Source: an uncultured virus (IMG/VR IMGVR_UViG_3300034279_000829)
Taxonomy: Duplodnaviria; Heunggongvirae; Uroviricota; Caudoviricetes
IMG/VR virus record: IMGVR_UViG_3300034279_000829
Length of the DNA stretch: 64,000 nucleotides
Strand: one strand, 5' to 3'
Below the pieces are notes generated by a model. It was not told the DNA's origin. It did no database searches and saw nothing but the letters and a program-made list of their open reading frames with translations. This document shows, piece after piece, positions 8,908 through 19,222 of the stretch (its first letter is position 1; each line of letters begins with the position of its first letter). The position numbers were made by a program, and so were the translations under genes.

Positions 8908-10077
8908 CTATCGGGTCTGTGCGGCGTTGCGGCGCTGATCGCCCAGGGCTTGGAGCCTCCGGACTTCGCCCATGATCTGCTGGGCCTGCGGCACTTCGCC
9001 GCCAGCCTGCCGCCGCATGTCGTTCAGCTTGGCGATAAGGGCCTGCGCCTGAACGTGCGGGTCGGACGATCCCTGCGCCTGCTGCGGGGTCATGGCGTTG
9101 CGGCGCTGGTTGCTCAAGGCCATAAGGCGATTGATTTCCTGCATCATTGCAGCCGCCTCTGGTACTTCGCCACCAGCCTGTCGCCGCATCTGATTCAACT
9201 GCGCGATGAGAGCCTGCGCCCGCTCGCGCGGATCGTCTTCAGTCTGCACGGCAGGTACAGGCCGGGACTCTTCCGCAAGGTCGGCCGTGCCATCGGTGCT
9301 AGTCAGCCCTTCTTCGGGGGCTGGGGCGGCGGCCGACTTGTCTGGCTTCGGCTGATTGAGAGCGTTGTATGCGGCTGCGCCGGCCACAAGACCGCCGCCC
9401 ACAAGCAACGGGTTGATCCAAGATCGCGGGTCAGTGCTGCCTCCAGGCATCGGCTGCGCCGCCCCGCCGGCCTGCGCACCACCGCCTGCACCGCGGCCTC
9501 CGCCGCCAGCAGGAGCGCCGCGCGACAGCGTACGGTCGAACTGACCAGCGATGCTGTCTACGGCCTGTTGGTCGCGCATCGCAGTGCTGCTAGGGGCGCT
9601 CAGCGCAGCTTGCGATGGAGCCGGAAGGCCGCGCGGAGCCGGGGCCGGCAGGGCTAGACGGGATGGAGCCGGAAGGCCAGCGCGACCCGGATTCATTTCC
9701 AAGCGAAGCGGTTCTGGAGCCGGCAGGCCGCGCAGCCCCGATGGCACCAAGTCAGTAGAAAGCCGCGGGCCAAGCGCCGGGGTAGTGGTTGCGTTAGGCC
9801 CAAGCACAAACCCTCGTTCGCGCGTGTACGGAACCAAGCCCGTTGGCGGGAGCAGTTGACGCACCGCATCGCCTGCGTTGTCTCCTGACAAGGGCAGGCT
9901 CATTTGCTTGGCGGGGCCCTTGGTAGCCATTTCAGCCACCGCCTTATACACGGCATCGGGCTGCATGTCGGGGGTAATCACGCCGGCCTGGAGGGCCTTG
10001 TTGAGCCAATGAGAATTGACGCCAGTGGCGGCGGTGATCGAATTGACCCAGTCAGCAAGACGGGCGGGATTGGCCAT
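8908..10077 (-). CDS. Putative internal virion protein with duplicated C-terminal helical repeat
   Basis: Two copies of DP..AQALIA.LN.MRRQAGGEVP.A..M.E..RL.AL..QRRNA; Pro-rich LPAP repeats. Confidence 0.55.
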   Translation of the reverse strand: MANPARLADWVNSITAATGVNSHWLNKALQAGVITPDMQPDAVYKAVAEMATKGPAKQMSLPLSGDNAGDAVRQLLPPTGLVPYTRERGFVLGPNATTTPALGPRLSTDLVPSGLRGLPAPEPLRLEMNPGRAGLPAPSRLALPAPAPRGLPAPSQAALSAPSSTAMRDQQAVDSIAGQFDRTLSRGAPAGGGGRGAGGGAQAGGAAQPMPGGSTDPRSWINPLLVGGGLVAGAAAYNALNQPKPDKSAAAPAPEEGLTSTDGTADLAEESRPVPAVQTEDDPRERAQALIAQLNQMRRQAGGEVPEAAAMMQEINRLMALSNQRRNAMTPQQAQGSSDPHVQAQALIAKLNDMRRQAGGEVPQAQQIMGEVRRLQALGDQRRNAAQTR

Positions 10078-10352
10078 TACTTGGAACCTTTCTTCTTCGG
10101 AAGCTCGGGCATCTCTTCGCCGTCCCGGGGGCCGTCATCGTCCTCAACCAGCGGCGTGTTGGGCTTGCCGTGCATCTCTTCGTCCAGGTCGGCCAAGTCG
10201 TTCTTCGGACGCTTCTCAGCCTTCTCTTCGGAGCGGCCCAGCTTGGCGATAATCTTCTTTTCCTCTTCGTCGCTGGCGGCGAGCAGCTGTTTCACCAGCC
10301 GCTTCAGGCCCGCCTGCGTGAGATCATCCAGGTCAAAGTCGATGCGGGCCAT
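10077..10352 (-). CDS. Hypothetical charged protein
   Basis: Coupled by TAATG overlaps on both sides. Confidence 0.6.
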   Translation of the reverse strand: MARIDFDLDDLTQAGLKRLVKQLLAASDEEEKKIIAKLGRSEEKAEKRPKNDLADLDEEMHGKPNTPLVEDDDGPRDGEEMPELPKKKGSK

Positions 10353-10729
10353 TAGTTGAGTAACCCCCCAAGGATCGAAGTCGCGAAATTAAGCGCCGAG
10401 TTCTGGCGTTGCTGGGCAGACAGTAGGTTGTTGTATTGCTGCTGCTGAAGAAGCCCCTGAAGCGCCAGCTGCTGGGTGGCGTCGGACTGCTGGTCCTGCA
10501 TTGCGAATGCGTTGTTGTAGTCCTGCCCCTGCTGGCGATTGCTGTACGCCTGGGCAATGCCTTGGGCCATCTTCTGCGCGCCCTGCATGCCGGCGTTGCT
10601 CGCCTGTCCGGCGCCTCGCGACATGCCACCGCGGTCCATCTGTTTCATCTGCATCCGCGGATCGCCCATGGCCACGGCGCTGGCGTAGTCGTTGTTGAAG
10701 CCGGCCAGGATCTTGCTGTTAGGGATCAT
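10352..10729 (-). CDS. Gln/Ala-rich putative internal virion protein
   Basis: Ends ...ILGGLLN; coupled operon. Confidence 0.55.
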   Translation of the reverse strand: MIPNSKILAGFNNDYASAVAMGDPRMQMKQMDRGGMSRGAGQASNAGMQGAQKMAQGIAQAYSNRQQGQDYNNAFAMQDQQSDATQQLALQGLLQQQQYNNLLSAQQRQNSALNFATSILGGLLN

Positions 10730-10992
10730 TCAAACAGCCCCCGGAGAATGTTGCCCGCCGGCCCGAACACGCCATCCAAGCGGCTCTGCATGAGGTTGTT
10801 GTTCTGGCTCTGCGATTCAATCTGGTTCTGCAGGCCCTGCAGCGCATAGCGCTGGGAGAACTCCTTGGCCTGCTTGCCAAGCTCAGACTGCCGCCTAGCT
10901 GTAGCGAGGTCGTTGGTGGCCTGCGCGCCTTGCAGCAAGGATCCGAACACATCTTGGTGGCCGGCAGGGTATTGCGAATATGGGGACTGCAC
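10726..10992 (-). CDS. Gln-rich putative internal virion protein
   Basis: Ends ...ILRGLFE, similar to its neighbour; ATGA overlap. Confidence 0.5.
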   Translation of the reverse strand: MQSPYSQYPAGHQDVFGSLLQGAQATNDLATARRQSELGKQAKEFSQRYALQGLQNQIESQSQNNNLMQSRLDGVFGPAGNILRGLFE

Positions 10993-11014
10993 GCTCAGGT
11001 TCCGTAAGGTTTGG

Positions 11015-12283
11015 TCAAACCCTTCTCCACTGACCCATCGCCGGCTGCGGTCGGGAAGCCTCGCGCTGCAGCGAGCGCACCATGGCGGCGTAATACGGGT
11101 CGTTCTCCATCATGGACTGGTGGCGCGAGCTACGCTCTTGAGCGGCCTGCGCCTCCTGCTGCTTCCGGCGCGCGGCAGCAGCGTCCTCCATCGCCCATTG
11201 CTCCTGCTGCATCTGGGGGCGACTGCGGTAAAAAGTCCCCGCGGTGCGGTTGAACAGGTCATTCACGCCAGCAGTCGAAGCGGTGTAGTTCTGCTTGGCA
11301 TCACCCCAGCCGCTGTTCAGGTCGCTTTGAACCGTGCCGATGCGCGAGGCCGAATCCGAGTAGCCACCAGCCAAGGCGTCCAGAAGCGAGCCGGTCGGGA
11401 TGGGCTGTCCGGGGCGGTAAGTGCCCGCCATCGATTGTCGGTTGTTGTCGTAGAACTGATCCATTCCCGCCGCGGACGCGCCAAGGTTCATCTGATTGAA
11501 GTTCATCAGCGCGTTGTACGCATCACCGACCATGGTGCGAGGCGTATTGCGGGCGATTTCCTGGTCGGCGTTGAGCGAGTTCAACCCGGAGGAGTAGTTG
11601 CTGTTGAGTGAGTTGAGTTCAGCGCCGTTGTTGATGTCGCCGCGCAGGCTCTCAAGCATGCTGAAGCCGGAACCACCGCCGGACGGCATGCTGCCACCTT
11701 GCGATGGAGTGCCGGTCGCTCCGCCCACCAACCCAGGAAGCGCAGCAGACACATCCCGTCCGACCTGCATCGCAGCGCCAGACTTACCCAGCCCCGCCAG
11801 AGCGTTGTACCGCCCCACCCCCAGCTGGCTCACGGCGCTCTGGTTGGCTCCGGTCATGTCGGCCAGGGACTTCTGGTAGCCGTTCTGGTTCTGCGCCCAC
11901 GCCTGCAGGCCCTGCCCGGCCACGTTGCCATAGTTGGCCATGGCGGCAGTGCCAAGATTGGAGACAGCGGCCTGCCGGGCGGCTTCGGCAGCGGACGCCG
12001 ATTGGTTCATGGCCTGCGCGTTGTTCCATGTGTTGCCTAGTGCGTTGGCAACTCCGCCGATTCCGCTGGCCATGGCCGCGTAGTTCTGCGCGTAGCTGTT
12101 CCCAAGCCCCTGAAGAGCCTGGTTGTAGGAGCCATAGCCCTGATTGTATGACCCGTACATGTTTGCCAGCGCCCCGGCAAACTGACTTGGGGCGCTGGCA
12201 ACCTGGGTGCCAACTCCAGTGGCAAAGGGAATGGCGGTGTTCGCGCCCCACGGGGCAATCAGCGTGCCGTTGAATGCAGACAT
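11015..12283 (-). CDS. Gly/Ala/Gln-rich putative ejection/pilot protein
   Basis: Composition, AGGAG RBS, context. Confidence 0.55.
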   Translation of the reverse strand: MSAFNGTLIAPWGANTAIPFATGVGTQVASAPSQFAGALANMYGSYNQGYGSYNQALQGLGNSYAQNYAAMASGIGGVANALGNTWNNAQAMNQSASAAEAARQAAVSNLGTAAMANYGNVAGQGLQAWAQNQNGYQKSLADMTGANQSAVSQLGVGRYNALAGLGKSGAAMQVGRDVSAALPGLVGGATGTPSQGGSMPSGGGSGFSMLESLRGDINNGAELNSLNSNYSSGLNSLNADQEIARNTPRTMVGDAYNALMNFNQMNLGASAAGMDQFYDNNRQSMAGTYRPGQPIPTGSLLDALAGGYSDSASRIGTVQSDLNSGWGDAKQNYTASTAGVNDLFNRTAGTFYRSRPQMQQEQWAMEDAAAARRKQQEAQAAQERSSRHQSMMENDPYYAAMVRSLQREASRPQPAMGQWRRV

Positions 12284-12292
12284 GCGTGTCTC

Positions 12293-13513
12293 CTACCTGT
12301 TAATGCCCCGGAACGGGCGTTTCAGTGCCGACAGCGAAATCGCCGCCAAAATCAGCACTGCGCCGGCGGGCAGGGGACACCACAACTCCCGCTTCCCTGC
12401 CTCCTCCTTGAGCCAGCCGCAGATTTCGGGCAGGCGCTTCAGGCACTCCCACCCGCCCCACTGGTCCATCTGCAAGGCCCGGGCGTTGCAACTGCAGGTC
12501 GGGGAGGCGACGATCCCCACCAGACTCAGGAGCCATTTGAGTTCAGCCCCCGGCCCCGGAGGCGGCGGTTCCTCCCCGGCCGCATAAACGATTGGCTCCC
12601 CAACGGATGCTGGAGTGTAGCCGGGGCAGGGGTCCACAGAGATGGTGCCCGTGAACACGCCGAGATTGTCGCCAATCACCGTGTCGTTCTGTCGCAGGTA
12701 CAAACGGCCCGCCCCGGGCGTGTTGGTGTAGCTAGATCCGACCAAGAATGGGATGCCGCCGACTCCGATCCTGCCGATCAGCGCCATGTGGCACGGACCC
12801 GATACAACGTCTGCCGCAGGACAGCAGTTGCACGCCCCAGAGGTCACGCCGTTGGGGGTAGCTGTGCTTCCTGCCCCAGCCCAGCGAACCGTGCCCGCCA
12901 CATCGCCGCCGCTGGCGGAGGCCGTGATTGTGACGGCCTGCCCTGTCGTAAGGGTGACGCCTGTGTCCACCCAGGCGTTAACTTGGACATCGACAGTGAA
13001 GTTTGCAGTGGTGGCAGCAAGGCATCCGCTGGCCCCGCAGCATTTATATCCCGCAGGGCAGCAGTCATACACCAAGTAGTAAGGGTTGTTGCCGTAGCAA
13101 AAGGTGAAACCGTCCTCGCACAGATTGCGGCATAGGCCGTAGTCGCAATACTGGCTGACCGGGCAGCATGTGCCTGAGCAGCACTCCCGCTGCCCGGTGC
13201 ATGTGCTAACGCACGCTCCAGTGGACGTGTTGCATGCCTCGCACAGCAGCGTAGCGCACCCGCCGCTTGCAATGCCAGCCGCCTTAATGGCGTTGCAATT
13301 GCAAGACGCAGCAGCGACAGTCTGCCCGCCGCCGTGCGCGCACTGGCAAGGATCCACCACTTGGCAGGCAGCGGACAATGATATGCATGGCTGAGCACCA
13401 CACCCGGCACCGGTAGTGAATCCGCCCTGCCTGTAGGCGCACTCAGATTCGGTGGTCGCTATGCAGGTGGATCCGTCGCAGCATCGCCCCGCCTCACAAC
13501 ACGCGCAGGGCAT
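12293..13513 (-). CDS. Cys-rich protein with LecA/PA-IL-like lectin domain (receptor-binding candidate)
   Basis: Many CC/CxxC motifs; WVDTGV.L..GQAVTITA...ALIGRIG...F.VG...GRLYL..ND...DN.G.F. Confidence 0.6.
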   Translation of the reverse strand: MPCACCEAGRCCDGSTCIATTESECAYRQGGFTTGAGCGAQPCISLSAACQVVDPCQCAHGGGQTVAAASCNCNAIKAAGIASGGCATLLCEACNTSTGACVSTCTGQRECCSGTCCPVSQYCDYGLCRNLCEDGFTFCYGNNPYYLVYDCCPAGYKCCGASGCLAATTANFTVDVQVNAWVDTGVTLTTGQAVTITASASGGDVAGTVRWAGAGSTATPNGVTSGACNCCPAADVVSGPCHMALIGRIGVGGIPFLVGSSYTNTPGAGRLYLRQNDTVIGDNLGVFTGTISVDPCPGYTPASVGEPIVYAAGEEPPPPGPGAELKWLLSLVGIVASPTCSCNARALQMDQWGGWECLKRLPEICGWLKEEAGKRELWCPLPAGAVLILAAISLSALKRPFRGINR

Positions 13514-14979
13514 TAGATTCTCGGCCTCAAGTAGATGATGAAGTCCGACTTCTTGCCGACCGTGAGATTGAGCGTTTTGGTTACCGCTCCGGATTTGATG
13601 GTGACGGCGTTGTCGCGAAGGGCGGCGGTTTCAGCCTCCTTCACAAGAATTGATCCAGTGGCTTCAAACGGCGGCGAGGTTGTGCCTGCCTTAATAGTCA
13701 GCGTGGCATCTGCCTTGGTGATGGTGACCGCCGCATTGGTGCTGCCGGTGGTCGGGGAGAACGCGATCCCAGCAACCGACAGCGTCGGGGTGACGGACGC
13801 CGTGGAACTCGTCAGTGAGACGCTGGGAGTGGAGATGGTCACCGGCACCGTGGTGGTTCCCGTGAGCGTCACAGGCCCAGAGACCTTTCCCTGCGAAGAA
13901 ATGGTCACGCCGGGGGAGCCGGCCATGTTGACCGTGTAGGTCTGGTTAGTAGTGGTGAGAACCAACTTGCAGTTGGCATCCAAATATCCGCCGGTAGGCA
14001 TTGGGATGACTACCGTCCCGGCCAGCGTCCCTATCGTTGCAGCCACTGCGATGCCGGTAGGCGTGACATTAAATGTGCCGCCAGTCGGGCGAGTGACGCT
14101 GCCGGTGATGGCGCCGCAGGTTGCCGTTGGGTGGGTGGTGTAGACGATAGCCCCACTGGCGGTGCCGCCGGATACCGTGCCGCCGGTTAGCGTGGCAAGG
14201 GACGCCGTGCCGCTCGCGGAGAAGGCCGTCAGGCTGACGCTTTCCACGGTGGGCACTGTCACTGTCCCCGTGACGGAGACTGGCGTAGAGACAACCTTGT
14301 TGGTGACATCGACGGTCTTGTTGGTGACCGTGCCGGCCTCATTCACCGATACTGTCCCCCGAACAGTCACATCCTTCAGGAACGTAGAAACCTGCGTGAC
14401 GGCTGGCAGCGGAAAGAAGAATGGGCCGCCACCAAATCCGCCGCCGCCCTCTCCGCCGCCACCCTCGCCTGGCCCCATTCCGCCACCTCCGCCCGGCTCC
14501 ACGGGCTGGGGGGCGGCGGGGTTGTTGATGGTAAGCGTCTCTACCGTCAGGTTGGTGATGCGCGAGTTATCGACGGTCAGGTTGTTATGAAACGAGTTTG
14601 CAAACGTGCTGTTGCCAGCCACGTTGAATGTGTCGCCGCCGAAGTAGTTGCTGTAATTAAACGCCTGGTTGATCGGGAAACTGAACTGGTGCCCGTCGTA
14701 GTTCTGTGTATTGGTGTTGTTGATCGTATTGCCTGCCACGTCCACCGTTACGCTTTGCCCAGCGGACGGCATGAGGCCGGAATAATCGCTTGGGTTCCAG
14801 GTGCCGGGCCGTGCCAAGGCGCCGGCGCCTGTGGAGGTGGGCGGCTGAAGATTGATCGCGCCGCGATGCGTGAGCGGCTGCTGGCAGTTGCCGAGAGCCT
14901 GCATCAACTGCCTGAGAGCCGCTTCTGGCAGCGCCCCAGAGAGAGCCTGCGCGAGGGCCGGCATGCTCTGTGTAAACAC
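13513..14979 (-). CDS. Tail fibre/spike-like protein
   Basis: Thr/Val/Gly-rich beta repeats; follows the tail tubular gene. Confidence 0.5.
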   Translation of the reverse strand: MFTQSMPALAQALSGALPEAALRQLMQALGNCQQPLTHRGAINLQPPTSTGAGALARPGTWNPSDYSGLMPSAGQSVTVDVAGNTINNTNTQNYDGHQFSFPINQAFNYSNYFGGDTFNVAGNSTFANSFHNNLTVDNSRITNLTVETLTINNPAAPQPVEPGGGGGMGPGEGGGGEGGGGFGGGPFFFPLPAVTQVSTFLKDVTVRGTVSVNEAGTVTNKTVDVTNKVVSTPVSVTGTVTVPTVESVSLTAFSASGTASLATLTGGTVSGGTASGAIVYTTHPTATCGAITGSVTRPTGGTFNVTPTGIAVAATIGTLAGTVVIPMPTGGYLDANCKLVLTTTNQTYTVNMAGSPGVTISSQGKVSGPVTLTGTTTVPVTISTPSVSLTSSTASVTPTLSVAGIAFSPTTGSTNAAVTITKADATLTIKAGTTSPPFEATGSILVKEAETAALRDNAVTIKSGAVTKTLNLTVGKKSDFIIYLRPRI

Positions 14980-17570
14980 TACTTCACGCCCTCCACAATC
15001 ACGGCATGGATCACAGGGGTGTTGGCAGACGAAGACTGCGTGCCGGCCATGGCGAGCGCCACATGCCGATCGGCGCCAGCGGAGCGCTCCTCGTTGCCGC
15101 CGTAGTACATGGCGCGCGCCACGCCGCTAGCGTCACCAAGAGCAGAACGCGAACGCTTCATGTTGAGCGTGCTTGAGGAACCAGGCACGGACGCAACAAA
15201 CCCATCCCCACGGTCAGTGGCTACGGCGTTGGCGCGGGGCGTGTCTGAGCCGTTGAAGTGCCGGGAGAGCGAGAGGATCGCATCCCCGGAGGTCGGCGTG
15301 TAAACCACACTGACCCCCTGCCGGCCGTCTTCGTTGACGAGCGGCATGTGTCCGGAGCGGTAGCTGTATTGCACGGCTGTGCCGCCATCCGAATAGCCGG
15401 CCATCCGCACAAACCCACCCGCGGCGGTTCCGTAGGCGATGCCCTGCTGGCCTCCTGTGGCGTACGGGGCCGCCGCGGTCAAGCCGCTGGCGTACTGCTC
15501 CTCCCACCACGCCTTGGTGATGAGGCAATAGCAGAGCGCGCGCGTGGGAGAGGAGTCGGCGGATCGGCAGTAGAAGAAACGAACAGTCTTTGCGGACTGG
15601 TCGGCGCAGACAAAGAACTGCTCGGCCTTGGAGAAATCCACCACACCGTCGCGGAAGTAGTTGTCCACCGGGACCGAGATTGGTTCCTCGCGCTGCCCGT
15701 CGAAAGCATAGATGCCGTAGCTGTCGGCAATGAAAGCCACCCCTCCCAAGACATCCCAGCATCGGCTGTTGAGGACACCGCGATAGGCGGCCAGCATGAT
15801 GCTGGCATCCAAGACAGGCTGGGCCACGTAGGTCAGCTTGTAGAGGTGGCGGGACTGCGCGGCAATCAGCGAGGCGCCAAGAGGAATCAGCGCCACAATC
15901 GCATCGGAGTCGCCGGCGTTTTCCTGAACGACGATCTCGTTTTCTGGTGGGATGGATTCAGGCTCGTCCACCTCGGAAAAGAACAGGCTATTCGGCTTGT
16001 CGCCAGTGGTGTCTACCGCCAGCCAGCACCTGTCTTGGAACATGCAGGCCACGGAGAAGTTCCCTGGAGGGACGCCGAATCGCCGGGCGTTCAGCTGCCC
16101 GCTGGGGAGGGTTACTGGCAAAAGCCCGTAGCCGGCGCGCTCAACGTCGGCCAGCTGTTCGTCGGTGAAGGAGTCCGAGTAGGTGCCGGAAAAGTTGCCT
16201 GCCGTGCGCTGAATAGTGGCCACGCAGAACAGGAGTACGCTTTGGTCTGCAGTGGTTCGCCAGAGTTCCACGGCAGACACGCGGTCATCCAGCCCCGCAT
16301 GGGCTAGGGTCCATGTCAGCGACGAGGCGCCTTCTTGCAGGTCCACTTCCACCAACTCCGAGATGGAAGAGCAGATGGGGCCGCGAAACTTTTCGGGCGT
16401 GGAATCGATATAGCGGATGGCACACTTGTACTTTCCGCGCATCACGTTGGAGATCGTCGCCCGCGCCGTGGCGTTGTAGTCGCCCAAGACAACAGTGGGC
16501 GGAAGTGAGTACCGGCCCCCACTGGACACCGTCACCTTGGTAATGCTGCCACCAGAGACGGTTGCGGTAGCTGCTGCAGCGGAGGAGGTGGTGTCGTTGG
16601 CGTTGGGAAGAAATGTGACGGCTGGGGGCGTAAGAAACCCAGTACCGCCGGTTGTCACGGTAACCGCCGCCACGCCGTACTGCATGCCGACAGACAGACT
16701 TCCGCCAGCGCCGCCGCCGCCCGTGAGCGAGGCCGTCACGGCACCAGTGGCTCCCGTACCACCGCTCAGCAAGTCAACGGACGAGATGGTGCCGGTGTCA
16801 GAAATGGTGACCGTGGCATTAGCCTGCGTCAGACCCTGCGCGCTGGAGAACACCACCGTGGGTGCGGAGGTGTAGCCGGTGCCGCCTGTGGAAATTGTCA
16901 GCGAAGATACGGACCCCAGAACGCCAACGGAGAACGCGGCCCCGGAGGCATTGCTGGCGCTCAGGCTGACGGTCGGCGCAGCTTGATATCCGGTGCCTGG
17001 TTCCGATATGGTGATGCCGACAACCCGTCCGCCGTTCACCTCCGCTCGCGCGACCGCAGACTTTGTCGGAGTGCCGCCCGTAAACGTCACAGTCGGCGCG
17101 GCAGAATAGCCAGCCCCGGGGAACACAACATTCACGGCATCGACATACCCCGCCATCGCAGTGCTGGCGACGGTGACCGCAGGCCCCTTGTAGGGCTTCT
17201 GAAGTCCGATGGGCTGCATCGTCCCGGCAGAGCCATCCCAGCGCAGGCCGCGCCCCATGCCGTCGAACGCATACAAGTCGTTGAACCGCGACCGCACAAA
17301 AGATGCCGGCAAGATTGATTTGGTGTAGACGCTCGCCGTGGCCACTGCGTTGCCCGCAATCGTCACCGTGGGGGCAGAGGCGTAGCCTGTCCCTCCGTTG
17401 GTGATCACCACTGACTCCACCTGCGTGCCGGCCATGTGCGCCACTGCGGAGGCCCCAGAACCGCCGCCACCCGAGAAGCTCACCGCCGGTGGCGCCGTAT
17501 ACCCAGACCCTCCGGTGGTCATGGAGATGGAGACAACTTGGCCGGATCGACGCTGCGCGAGGTAAGTCAT
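14979..17570 (-). CDS. Tail tubular/nozzle-like protein with ~8 GG.GY..AP.V.F repeats
   Basis: FQDRCW, LFFSEVDEPES, GDSDAIVAL beta-propeller-type motifs plus inserted beta repeats. Confidence 0.65.
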   Translation of the reverse strand: MTYLAQRRSGQVVSISMTTGGSGYTAPPAVSFSGGGGSGASAVAHMAGTQVESVVITNGGTGYASAPTVTIAGNAVATASVYTKSILPASFVRSRFNDLYAFDGMGRGLRWDGSAGTMQPIGLQKPYKGPAVTVASTAMAGYVDAVNVVFPGAGYSAAPTVTFTGGTPTKSAVARAEVNGGRVVGITISEPGTGYQAAPTVSLSASNASGAAFSVGVLGSVSSLTISTGGTGYTSAPTVVFSSAQGLTQANATVTISDTGTISSVDLLSGGTGATGAVTASLTGGGGAGGSLSVGMQYGVAAVTVTTGGTGFLTPPAVTFLPNANDTTSSAAAATATVSGGSITKVTVSSGGRYSLPPTVVLGDYNATARATISNVMRGKYKCAIRYIDSTPEKFRGPICSSISELVEVDLQEGASSLTWTLAHAGLDDRVSAVELWRTTADQSVLLFCVATIQRTAGNFSGTYSDSFTDEQLADVERAGYGLLPVTLPSGQLNARRFGVPPGNFSVACMFQDRCWLAVDTTGDKPNSLFFSEVDEPESIPPENEIVVQENAGDSDAIVALIPLGASLIAAQSRHLYKLTYVAQPVLDASIMLAAYRGVLNSRCWDVLGGVAFIADSYGIYAFDGQREEPISVPVDNYFRDGVVDFSKAEQFFVCADQSAKTVRFFYCRSADSSPTRALCYCLITKAWWEEQYASGLTAAAPYATGGQQGIAYGTAAGGFVRMAGYSDGGTAVQYSYRSGHMPLVNEDGRQGVSVVYTPTSGDAILSLSRHFNGSDTPRANAVATDRGDGFVASVPGSSSTLNMKRSRSALGDASGVARAMYYGGNEERSAGADRHVALAMAGTQSSSANTPVIHAVIVEGVK

Positions 17571-17845
17571 TAAGCAGTGCCAGTTCTCACGGAGGAGTAG
17601 ATGCGCCCGGCGGAGTCCTGGTAGACGAGATGCTCAGTGGTTCCGTTTTGGTAGCGGAACGCAGCACGCACAGGCGAGGTGGTGGAGTCGGCCGATGTGA
17701 ACGTGATGGCCTGCGTCCCGGGTCTGGCCGTCAACTGGCCGGGAACCAAGCACTGCAGGTTCACCTGCTCAACCGCTGCGCCTGCCGGGATGGAGTACGG
17801 CGAAGCGTTGGTGACGAGGCCCGGCCATTTGTCGATGACGATCAT
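17570..17845 (-). CDS. Small tail protein resembling the N-terminus of nozzle proteins
   Basis: WPGLVTNASPYSIPAGAA..QVN....GQLTARPG; TAATG-coupled to the next gene. Confidence 0.55.
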   Translation of the reverse strand: MIVIDKWPGLVTNASPYSIPAGAAVEQVNLQCLVPGQLTARPGTQAITFTSADSTTSPVRAAFRYQNGTTEHLVYQDSAGRIYSSVRTGTA

Positions 17846-18978
17846 GGGTTCCCACCGTCGAAGTTGTCGGCTTGCAGCGGAGTCCTCCAGGCCATGGCGT
17901 CGAAGATGACGCGCTGCGGTTGCTGGAACGGCGTCAGAACATCGGACTCCATGGCCAGACGCAGGTCGCGCTGGTACATGGCGAACGCATTGTCTGGCTT
18001 GGTGCCGCGCGTGCGGGCCAGCCAGTAGGAGGCACAGGACAGGAACCCGTTGGTCATGCCCGGGGACATGTCCACAATGTCGGTGACGAGGTACTTGGCC
18101 CCAGTAGCCGTGAGAGAGGTCGCCAGCGTGCAAGAGGTCGCACTGGCTACCGCGGCGATCACCGCCTCGCCTTGGTACGGCGTCAGCGAACCCTCGGCCC
18201 CGGGAGTGTCTGTGGATGTGCCGACCCGAAGCACAGACCCAACCATCGAAGAAGTGAAGGCCGTGCCCGTCCCGGTCACCGCGGTTCCCGAAATGGTGAC
18301 TGTCCCCTGCCGGGAGCTAGCCTCATGCCCAGAGATCCGCAGCCGGCGCGGTAGCCTGCGGTAGGTGAAGTCCAGGTTGGAATTCGCAACCGGATAGCCG
18401 ACCACCTTGATCGCCCAGCCCGTGCCGTTGGGGTCTTTGAGTACCGTCCACGCATGCGGCGGGCCAGCGAGGTTGTTGGCGTTCTCCAGCTTCATCGCCT
18501 GGTCGGCCGACACGTAGATGAACCGCGTCCACGCCACATGGTCGATTGGCGAATCCAGCGACCGAAAGTCACTGGGAAGGGGGAACGTGTCTTGGTACAG
18601 CGTGGCCGCCGTAGCGTTCACAAAGTCGCTGGAGGGCGTCAGCACTGGATCGCAGAGCAGGCGAGTGTTGTTCACGCGCGTGGCGATCTTGGCAACCGTG
18701 TTGTGGACGCGCATGCGACACAGGGTGGCGTTGACGGGGAACGCATCGCCTGACGCCAAGTCGAAGAACCGGGTGTCTTGGCTGTAGGTGACAGACCCGT
18801 ACCAGTTGATGGAGAACCGGATGCGCCCGTGGGTCTGGTAGTAGTTCCAGTCGCGGATCGTAGACAGTTCGCTGTAGGCTCTTTGGATGGAGGTGCGGAT
18901 GTCCGTTTGCTCAGCATCCTGCGGCCCGCCGAAGCTGCTGGTGATCAGATGTTCGACTGCGTCGTAGTAGGTCAGCAT
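17842..18978 (-). CDS. Tail tubular A/adaptor-like protein
   Basis: N-terminal helices (IQRAYSEL...DWNY), FPLPSDF, GPP, YP motif, inserted GTVTISGTAVTGTGT domain. Confidence 0.65.
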   Translation of the reverse strand: MLTYYDAVEHLITSSFGGPQDAEQTDIRTSIQRAYSELSTIRDWNYYQTHGRIRFSINWYGSVTYSQDTRFFDLASGDAFPVNATLCRMRVHNTVAKIATRVNNTRLLCDPVLTPSSDFVNATAATLYQDTFPLPSDFRSLDSPIDHVAWTRFIYVSADQAMKLENANNLAGPPHAWTVLKDPNGTGWAIKVVGYPVANSNLDFTYRRLPRRLRISGHEASSRQGTVTISGTAVTGTGTAFTSSMVGSVLRVGTSTDTPGAEGSLTPYQGEAVIAAVASATSCTLATSLTATGAKYLVTDIVDMSPGMTNGFLSCASYWLARTRGTKPDNAFAMYQRDLRLAMESDVLTPFQQPQRVIFDAMAWRTPLQADNFDGGNP

Positions 18979-19220
18979 CAGCCTTCACCTGCAAGTCTGG
19001 CTTGATAAGCCTGGATTACTTCGGGCGTCCAAACGGTGGTGGCAATAGCGACTACGCGCGCGTCCTGGCCAGCCAAGTCATCGCCCGGCGCAAGTGTGTG
19101 GCGGTGGTAAGAGCGCGCTATCTCCGCGCCGTCCTCCGCAACGACAGTGGCCTCGCGAATAGACAAGACTCCGCGACTGTCAACAGTGATAGAATCGATC
19201 TCAGAGTGTTTAGTGATCAT
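18978..19220 (-). CDS. Fibre-associated small protein
   Basis: EDG.EIARSYHRH.L.PG...VWTPEVI.AY pattern, directly after a fibre gene. Confidence 0.6.
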   Translation of the reverse strand: MITKHSEIDSITVDSRGVLSIREATVVAEDGAEIARSYHRHTLAPGDDLAGQDARVVAIATTVWTPEVIQAYQARLAGEG

Positions 19221-19222
19221 GA

